DNA of 64,000 bases from Nitrospirota bacterium (GTDB lineage Bacteria; Nitrospirota; Thermodesulfovibrionia; Thermodesulfovibrionales; Dissulfurispiraceae), in the NCBI GenBank assembly GCA_963790025.1, contig CAWBMP010000005.1:96001-160000 (forward strand), read 5' to 3'. The notes under the pieces were generated by a model. The model searched no databases, was not told the origin of the DNA, and saw only the letters and a list, made by a program, of their open reading frames with translations. Position numbers and translations under genes: made by a program. Each line of letters starts with the position of its first letter. Position 1 is the first letter of the stretch. Of the stretch, positions 57,941 to 64,000 are shown one piece after another.

Positions 57941-60037
57941 ATGTCAAAATTGAGCGCTGGACAAATAAGGAACGTAGCAATTATCGCTCACAGCGGCGCC
58001 GGCAAGACCTCATTGACCGAGGCTGTTCTGTTCGATGCCGGAGCTGTAGACAGGATTGGAAGCGTGGAGGCTGGAAATACCACAACCGATTGCGAACCTG
58101 AAGAGATCTCGAGGAAGATAAGCGTGGTATCGGCAGTTGCCTACTGTGACTGGAAAGGCACGCGGATAAACCTCATCGACACACCGGGCTTTATAAATTT
58201 TATAGAAGACACCAGAGGAAGTCTCAGGATCTCTGATGGGGCCGTCGTGATTGTAAGTGCCCTTTCCGGGGTCAAGGCGGAAACCGAAAAGATCTGGAAG
58301 TACGCCTGCGAATTCGAAGTGCCGAGAGTAGTCTTCATCAATAAGCTCGACAAGGAGGCGGCAAATTTTCACATGGCCCTGGGCGAGCTTGAGAAGTCCT
58401 TTGAGTCAGAGGCCGTTCCTCTTTATATCCCTATTGGGGAGGGCGCGGACTTCAAGGGTATTGTGGACCTTATCACCATGAAGGCGTTTATTGCAGAAAA
58501 CGGCAAGGTGGTGGAAGCTGATATTCCGTCTTCCCTGCAGGACAGTGCCGGCGACTACAGGAAGAAGCTTGTGGAGAAGATTGCGGAATCAGATGACGCG
58601 CTCCTCGAGAAATATCTCGAAGGAAATGAGCTTACCAGTGAAGAAATCATGAAAGGCGTTCGTGAGGGCTCTATGACGAGAAGGTTTATTCCGGTGATAT
58701 GCGGCTCGGCCACGCTCAATATCGGGGCCAGCCAGCTCCTCGATGCTATGCTCCTCTGCCTGCCTTCGCCGGAGGACATGAGCAGGATTTCACCCATCAG
58801 GGGAAAAAATCCCAAAGAGGGCAAAGAGGTGGAAAGAAAACCGGTCGAGACCGATCCTCTTACCGCATATGTCTTCAAGACCGTAGCGGACCCCTATTCC
58901 GGGAAAATGTCTATTTTCAGGGTCTATTCCGGTATATTTAAAGCTGACTCAACAGTCCTGAACTCAAATACCGGCGCCAAGGAAAGGATAGGCCAGGTCT
59001 TTTACCTGCAGGGCAAGAAACATGTTCCGACACCGGCTGCCGGGCCGGGTGAAATTGCAGCAGTTGTAAAATTGAAAGACACCAATGTGGGTGATACGTT
59101 ATGTGAAGAACACCATCCCCTGGTGCTTGAGAGGGTCAATTTCGCAGAGCCGCTTATTTCATACGCTATTGTGTCCAAAACCAAAGGTGATGAAGAAAAG
59201 GTAAGCGTAGGACTGAACAGGATACTTGAAGAGGACCCAACGCTTCGCTTCACCCGCGATGAGGAGTCCAAAGAAATGATCCTCTCCGGAATGGGGCAGG
59301 TACACCTTGAGGTTGCACTTGAAAAATTGAAAAGAAAGTTCGGTGTTGAGGTGGTCATGAAGACGCCGAAGATCCCATACAGGGAGACCATACGGGCTTT
59401 TGCAAAGGGGCAGGGCAGGTATAAGAAACAGTCCGGGGGGCGCGGACAGTACGGAGACTGCTGGATTGAAATGGAACCGCGGCCGAGGGGGGCGGGTTAC
59501 GAGTTCGTAGATAGAATCGTCGGCGGTGTCATTCCCCAACAGTACAGGCCCGCAGTCGAGAAAGGAATTGTTGAGGCTATGCGCGAGGGTGTTATTGCAG
59601 GATATCCGATGGTGGACGTGAAGGTGACTCTTTATGACGGTACTTACCACTCCGTAGATTCCTCTGAAATGGCCTTCAAAATAGCCGGCTCGATGGCCCT
59701 GAAAAAAGTGGTACAGGATGCAAAACCTGTTTTACTGGAACCGATGATGCAAGTTGAAGTTACTGTCCCTGAAGATACGCTCGGATCGGTCATAGGAGAT
59801 CTGAACACGCGGCGAGGCAAGGTCCAGGGTGTAGAGCCGCAGGCAGGCGGAAACCAGAAGATCAATGCGCTGGTCCCGATGGCGGAGATGCTTACTTACG
59901 CGAACCAGCTTCAGAGCATAACATCCGGAAGGGGGCTCTATTCTATGGAATTTTCCAATTACGAGGAAGTGCCTTCTCACATTACTCAGAAGATCATAGC
60001 GGAACGCCAGAAACTGAAGGCGGACGAGAACCAGTAA
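57941..60037 (+). CDS. fusA: Elongation factor G paralog (EF-G2-like)
   Basis: AHSGAGKTSL (non-canonical G1), DTPG, NKLD, KKQSGGRGQY, DSSEMAF; not located in a str operon. Confidence 0.9.
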   Translation: MSKLSAGQIRNVAIIAHSGAGKTSLTEAVLFDAGAVDRIGSVEAGNTTTDCEPEEISRKISVVSAVAYCDWKGTRINLIDTPGFINFIEDTRGSLRISDGAVVIVSALSGVKAETEKIWKYACEFEVPRVVFINKLDKEAANFHMALGELEKSFESEAVPLYIPIGEGADFKGIVDLITMKAFIAENGKVVEADIPSSLQDSAGDYRKKLVEKIAESDDALLEKYLEGNELTSEEIMKGVREGSMTRRFIPVICGSATLNIGASQLLDAMLLCLPSPEDMSRISPIRGKNPKEGKEVERKPVETDPLTAYVFKTVADPYSGKMSIFRVYSGIFKADSTVLNSNTGAKERIGQVFYLQGKKHVPTPAAGPGEIAAVVKLKDTNVGDTLCEEHHPLVLERVNFAEPLISYAIVSKTKGDEEKVSVGLNRILEEDPTLRFTRDEESKEMILSGMGQVHLEVALEKLKRKFGVEVVMKTPKIPYRETIRAFAKGQGRYKKQSGGRGQYGDCWIEMEPRPRGAGYEFVDRIVGGVIPQQYRPAVEKGIVEAMREGVIAGYPMVDVKVTLYDGTYHSVDSSEMAFKIAGSMALKKVVQDAKPVLLEPMMQVEVTVPEDTLGSVIGDLNTRRGKVQGVEPQAGGNQKINALVPMAEMLTYANQLQSITSGRGLYSMEFSNYEEVPSHITQKIIAERQKLKADENQ

Positions 60038-60040
60038 AAT

Positions 60041-61414
60041 ATGAAAAAACCCTGGGCAGGAAGGTTCACCGGAAAGACTTCCAAAAGTGTAGAAGACTAT
60101 ACGGAGTCAATATCGTTTGATAAAAGGATATGGAAATACGACATCGAAGGCAGTATCGCCCACGCAAAGATGCTGTCTAAACAAGGGATTATTCCGAAGC
60201 GCCACGCCGGCCGCATTGTCGGCGGACTCAAGGAAATCTACACGGAAATAGAAGAGGGCAGATTCAAATTCAGCCTCGAACTGGAAGACATTCACATGAA
60301 CATCGAAGCTGCACTCATAAGGAAAATTGGCGACACAGGCGGCATGCTGCACACTGCCAGATCTCGGAATGACCAGGTGTCGCTCGATCTCCGGCTTTAC
60401 CTCAGGGCCTCGGTTAAGGACATACTCATGCTTCTCCGGGACCTTGAAACCGTTCTCGTTGACATGGCTGAAAACAATATCGGCCTGATCATGCCGGGCT
60501 ACACACACATGCAGAGGGCTCAGCCGGTGCTTCTTTCGCACCACCTTATGGCATACGCCCAGATGTTTGACAGGGACCGGATGAGATTAGGCGACGCGCT
60601 GAAGCGGATCAATGTCCTGCCGCTCGGTTCCTGCGCGCTCGCCGGCACCGCGATGGATGTAGACAGGCAGTATGTTGCAGCTTTGCTGGGTTTTGATGCC
60701 GTTTCGGAAAACAGCATGGACTCAGTTTCAGACCGGGACTTTGCGCTCGAATTTCTTTCCTGTGCTGCGTTGCTTATGATGCATGTTTCCCGTATGGCGG
60801 AGGAGATTATTCTGTGGTCGTCCGAAGAGTTCGGTTTTATCGGGCTGTCCGATGCTTTTACTACCGGGTCCAGCATTATGCCGCAGAAAAAAAACCCCGA
60901 TGTCGCTGAACTGATGCGTGGCAAGACAGGCAGGGTCTACGGCAATCTTATGGGTCTCCTTACTACCATGAAAGGCCTTCCACTTACTTACAACAGGGAC
61001 ATGCAGGAAGATAAGGAGCCGGTCTTCGATACGGTCGATACTGTCAAGGCCACGCTCTCGATTCTCCCTGGGATGTTGAAAAACATAATTTTTAACAAGA
61101 AGCGCATGAAAAATAGCGGGGATGCCGCATTTTCCACTGCTACCGACATTGCCGAATATCTGGTGAAAAAAGGAGTGCCATTCAGGACTGCCCATGGGAT
61201 CACCGGCAGGATAGTCCGCTTTTGCATTGATAAGGGCAAGCGTCTGAATGATTTGGATATCGGTACGTATCAATCCTTTTCCCGGCTTATAGAAAAAGAT
61301 GTTTTTGGCATTATAAGCGCCGAGGCTTCTGTCAATGCCAAAAAATCATATGGAGGCACATCACCCCAGGCAGTCCGGGCGCAGATCAAGAAGTTCAGGA
61401 AACAACTTAAATGA
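60041..61414 (+). CDS. argH: Argininosuccinate lyase
   Basis: W.GRF, EDIH, ARSRNDQ, GSSIMPQKKNPD, YNRDMQEDKE. Confidence 0.97.
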   Translation: MKKPWAGRFTGKTSKSVEDYTESISFDKRIWKYDIEGSIAHAKMLSKQGIIPKRHAGRIVGGLKEIYTEIEEGRFKFSLELEDIHMNIEAALIRKIGDTGGMLHTARSRNDQVSLDLRLYLRASVKDILMLLRDLETVLVDMAENNIGLIMPGYTHMQRAQPVLLSHHLMAYAQMFDRDRMRLGDALKRINVLPLGSCALAGTAMDVDRQYVAALLGFDAVSENSMDSVSDRDFALEFLSCAALLMMHVSRMAEEIILWSSEEFGFIGLSDAFTTGSSIMPQKKNPDVAELMRGKTGRVYGNLMGLLTTMKGLPLTYNRDMQEDKEPVFDTVDTVKATLSILPGMLKNIIFNKKRMKNSGDAAFSTATDIAEYLVKKGVPFRTAHGITGRIVRFCIDKGKRLNDLDIGTYQSFSRLIEKDVFGIISAEASVNAKKSYGGTSPQAVRAQIKKFRKQLK

Positions 61415-62367
61415 AAGTTGGAGATTGGATTATTGTGGTGCTTATCAGCGCGCTGCTTATGTCATGCGGGCAAAAGGGAGACCCGACGCTTACTACTTTT
61501 GTGAAACCCTCGCCTGTAGGAAACATTACGGCGGTGCACCGTGAGAATTCGTTACAGCTTTCATGGGACTATTCCGATACGCAGGAGCTTATAAAGGGTT
61601 TTTATCTTGAGAAATCCGAAGTTGCAGGCGGTAATGATCGTCCCGGAGAATTCAAAAAGATCGCTTTCCTTCCTGACAGCGCCAGGCATTACGCGGACAC
61701 AGAATTCGTTGTCGGCAGGACTTATTTCTACAGGATAACTGTAGTAAGTCTCAGAAAAATTTTAAGTAATTTGTCACCGGTGCTGAAGGTTGTCCCGGCA
61801 GTGCCTCCTGCGCCCCCATCAGGATTGTCCTATGAACTGACAAACGAAGCCGTGATAATCAAGTGGAACGAGGTGTCCGTAAAGGTGAAATACAATATAT
61901 ACAAGAGCCATGACAAGAAAGTCTTCCCCGATTCGCCGTTGAATAACCTGGAACTCGACAGGCCGGTTTACAGTGACAAAGTGGAAACCGGATTGCCGTC
62001 ATACTATGCGGTCAGATCAGTCCTCAATACACCGATTAAAGACGAAGGGCCCCTTTCTGAAGCGCTTGAGGTAAACCCTGAAACCTTTGTGCCGTCCAGG
62101 CCCTCCGGTTTAAAATACGTCTATGCCCCCAAGGGGATTGTGCTTATCTGGAATGAGAATCCGGAGACTTGGGTGAAGCGGTACCGTGTGTATCGGAAGA
62201 GAGCTGGTGAAAGCGTTTTCAGCTTTATCGGTGAGGTCGTCACTCCCACATTCAGGGACAACGATCCTCTGACGTCTAAAACTGAATATTACATCACCGC
62301 TCTCGGGCCCTCACGGGAAAGCGGGCCGCTGGAGCCGGTAGAAGTGAGTCCCGAGGTTCAAAGATAA
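61411..62367 (+). CDS. Lipoprotein with fibronectin type III repeats
   Basis: Lipobox LMSC followed by GQKGDP; three Fn3-like units. Confidence 0.8.
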   Translation: MKVGDWIIVVLISALLMSCGQKGDPTLTTFVKPSPVGNITAVHRENSLQLSWDYSDTQELIKGFYLEKSEVAGGNDRPGEFKKIAFLPDSARHYADTEFVVGRTYFYRITVVSLRKILSNLSPVLKVVPAVPPAPPSGLSYELTNEAVIIKWNEVSVKVKYNIYKSHDKKVFPDSPLNNLELDRPVYSDKVETGLPSYYAVRSVLNTPIKDEGPLSEALEVNPETFVPSRPSGLKYVYAPKGIVLIWNENPETWVKRYRVYRKRAGESVFSFIGEVVTPTFRDNDPLTSKTEYYITALGPSRESGPLEPVEVSPEVQR

Positions 62368-62368
62368 G

Positions 62369-63376
62369 ATGGAACGTATCCTTCTCGGCCACGGAAGCGG
62401 CGGAAAACTCATGCATAGTCTGATCAGGGAATATTTCGAACCCGTATTTAATCTTGGTACGCTGGGTGACGCGGCGGTAATCGAATACGGCAGCCGGGGG
62501 CAAAAGTTTGCTTTTACAACAGATTCCTATGTCGTATCACCGCTGTTCTTCCCGGGCGGCAACATAGGCGAACTTGCAATCAACGGGACGGTAAATGATC
62601 TATCCATGGTGGGCTCAAAGCCCCTCTACATCACCACAGGCTTTATTATAGAGGAAGGGTTTGCTGTCAATGATTTGAAGCGTATCATCGGATCAATGGC
62701 AGCGGCAGCTCAAAAGGCCGGCGTCCGTATTGTTGCCGGCGATACAAAGGTTGTAGATAAGGGCAAGGGTGACGGACTGTTTATCAACACATCAGGTATC
62801 GGCATGGTCCCTGATGGCAGGGAACTCGGCCCACACAAGATCATGGAGGGAGATAAGGTAATTATCAGCGGCCTTATAGGAAGCCATGGAGTAGCAGTTA
62901 TGGCTGAGCGTAACGGGCTTGCATTTGATCCGCCTGTGATAAGCGATACGGCAGCCCTGAACGGCCTTGTTGAGGCGATGTTCGGTGCATCAGCCGGTTT
63001 GCGGATGATGAGAGACCCCACAAGGGGCGGTGTTGCAACAACGCTGAAGGAAATCGCCCTGGAATCGGGGAATTGCATATCCATAAACGAACAGTCCCTG
63101 CCTGTGCCCGAGGGAGTCAGAGGGGCCTGTGAATTGCTTGGCCTCGATCCTCTCTTTGTGGCAAATGAAGGAATACTTATTGCCATAGCTCCGGCTGACG
63201 ATGCAGGGAGGCTGATTGCAATAATGAAAGAGCACCCGCTCGGCGTGCGCGCTGCTGTAATCGGCGAAGTCTGCGGGGAAAAGCGCGATCGTGGGATGGT
63301 ACTCCTTAAAACGGCCATCGGGGGTACACGTATCATAGATATGCTTACCGGGGAGCAACTGCCGAGAATATGCTAG
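62369..63376 (+). CDS. hypE: Hydrogenase maturation protein HypE
   Basis: HGSGG, TTDSYVV, GTVND, GDTKVV, RDPTRGG, C-terminal LPRIC. Confidence 0.96.
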   Translation: MERILLGHGSGGKLMHSLIREYFEPVFNLGTLGDAAVIEYGSRGQKFAFTTDSYVVSPLFFPGGNIGELAINGTVNDLSMVGSKPLYITTGFIIEEGFAVNDLKRIIGSMAAAAQKAGVRIVAGDTKVVDKGKGDGLFINTSGIGMVPDGRELGPHKIMEGDKVIISGLIGSHGVAVMAERNGLAFDPPVISDTAALNGLVEAMFGASAGLRMMRDPTRGGVATTLKEIALESGNCISINEQSLPVPEGVRGACELLGLDPLFVANEGILIAIAPADDAGRLIAIMKEHPLGVRAAVIGEVCGEKRDRGMVLLKTAIGGTRIIDMLTGEQLPRIC

Positions 63377-63392
63377 AATACACAGATAACAT

Positions 63393-63564
63393 CAGGTAAA
63401 GGTATAGGTATAGGTGAAGACAAGAGAATCAGGTAAAGGGAAAGACACAGGTACAGGCAGAGGTACAGGTATGGAGATAGGTAATGACTAATATAAAAAA
63501 GAAAGTTTTCTTTGTTTTGGCTTTACCTATGCCTATACCTGTGTCTTTATTTTCCCTCTGCCTT
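63393..63564. repeat. Hexamer-repeat inverted element
   Basis: aggtaa aggtat aggtat aggtga ... aggtac aggcag aggtac aggtat, followed by complementary ttacct atgcct atacct gtgtct. Confidence 0.7.
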
Positions 63565-63584
63565 GTTTAATTGGAGGTGTGGTT

Positions 63585-64000
63585 ATGATTAAAAAGGGTT
63601 TCGTTGCCTCATGGCTTATTGTGGCTGCCTTTGCGTCAGTTTCGCAAAGCGCAATATTGCTTGACAAGGTGATTGCTATTGTAAACAAAGAGGTCATAAC
63701 CTGGAGCGATGTATACCGGGAAATGGAGTTTAACTCCAGCGATGAGATAAAGGCAATGAAGGACACGGAAAGGCGGCGTTATTTTAAAGAGCATGAAACG
63801 AGTTTTCTGGAGAACCTGATCGATATGAAGCTGAAGTTGCAAGAGGCTGAAAGGATCGGAATAACCGCTACTGACAATGATGTTGAATCCGCTGTCAAGA
63901 ACATAAAAAGTAAATACTCCATGACCGACGAGACGTTGATCGAAACAATCAAGAAAGACGGGTTTACTCTCCCGACTTATAAGAAGAAGATAGCAGAGCA
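63585..64000 (+). CDS. surA: SurA-family periplasmic chaperone/PPIase, 3'-truncated by the window edge (absent from the ORF track)
   Basis: Own translation: MIKKGF..ILLDKVIAIVNKEVITWSDV..LENLIDMKLKLQEAERIGI; RBS GGAGG. Confidence 0.85.
   Translation, partial: MIKKGFVASWLIVAAFASVSQSAILLDKVIAIVNKEVITWSDVYREMEFNSSDEIKAMKDTERRRYFKEHETSFLENLIDMKLKLQEAERIGITATDNDVESAVKNIKSKYSMTDETLIETIKKDGFTLPTYKKKIAE

Noticed and set aside
63393..63564. Possible CRISPR array
   Set aside because: Units are 6 nt and degenerate, with no unique spacers and no cas genes.

Overview
Gene-dense, mostly + strand chromosomal segment of an anaerobic diderm bacterium. Gene content and order (cdaA-cdaR-glmM, alaC-hom...thrC-like-apgM-lysC-cimA, surA/skp, sigma54 activator) suggest Nitrospirota (Thermodesulfovibrionia) or a related Desulfobacterota-like lineage; this is an inference. 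Housekeeping genes (murJ, glmM, comEC, htpX, purE/purC, mazG, lipA, hom, lysC, cimA, an EF-G paralog, argH, hypE, surA) are interleaved with several poorly understood modules. (i) An ~11 kb operon: split TauE transporter, a cytoplasmic Tat-less Psr/Phs-type molybdoenzyme with its Fe-S subunit, an NADPH-diaphorase pair, an ArsC/LMW-phosphatase and a PEP-synthase-like dikinase with a frameshifted tail. (ii) A Tat aldo/keto reductase-DUF362-polyferredoxin operon. (iii) An envelope cluster with two matching ECF-type promoters. (iv) A c-di-GMP-I riboswitch in front of an HU gene. (v) A CxxCH plus triple-rhodanese exported protein with a Rex-like operator. (vi) A sulfur-carrier module (MoeB, JAMM, ThrC-like, capped MoaD/ThiS, NIL) inside the aspartate-pathway operon. 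An ~8 kb patch after hom holds gene remnants, an RlmJ-like ORF and an apparently orphaned wHTH gene with a palindromic operator. Several intergenic hairpins are built from 6-8 nt degenerate tandem repeats. No rRNA, tRNA, CRISPR array or intact transposase was seen. All family calls come from visual motif recognition, not database searches.
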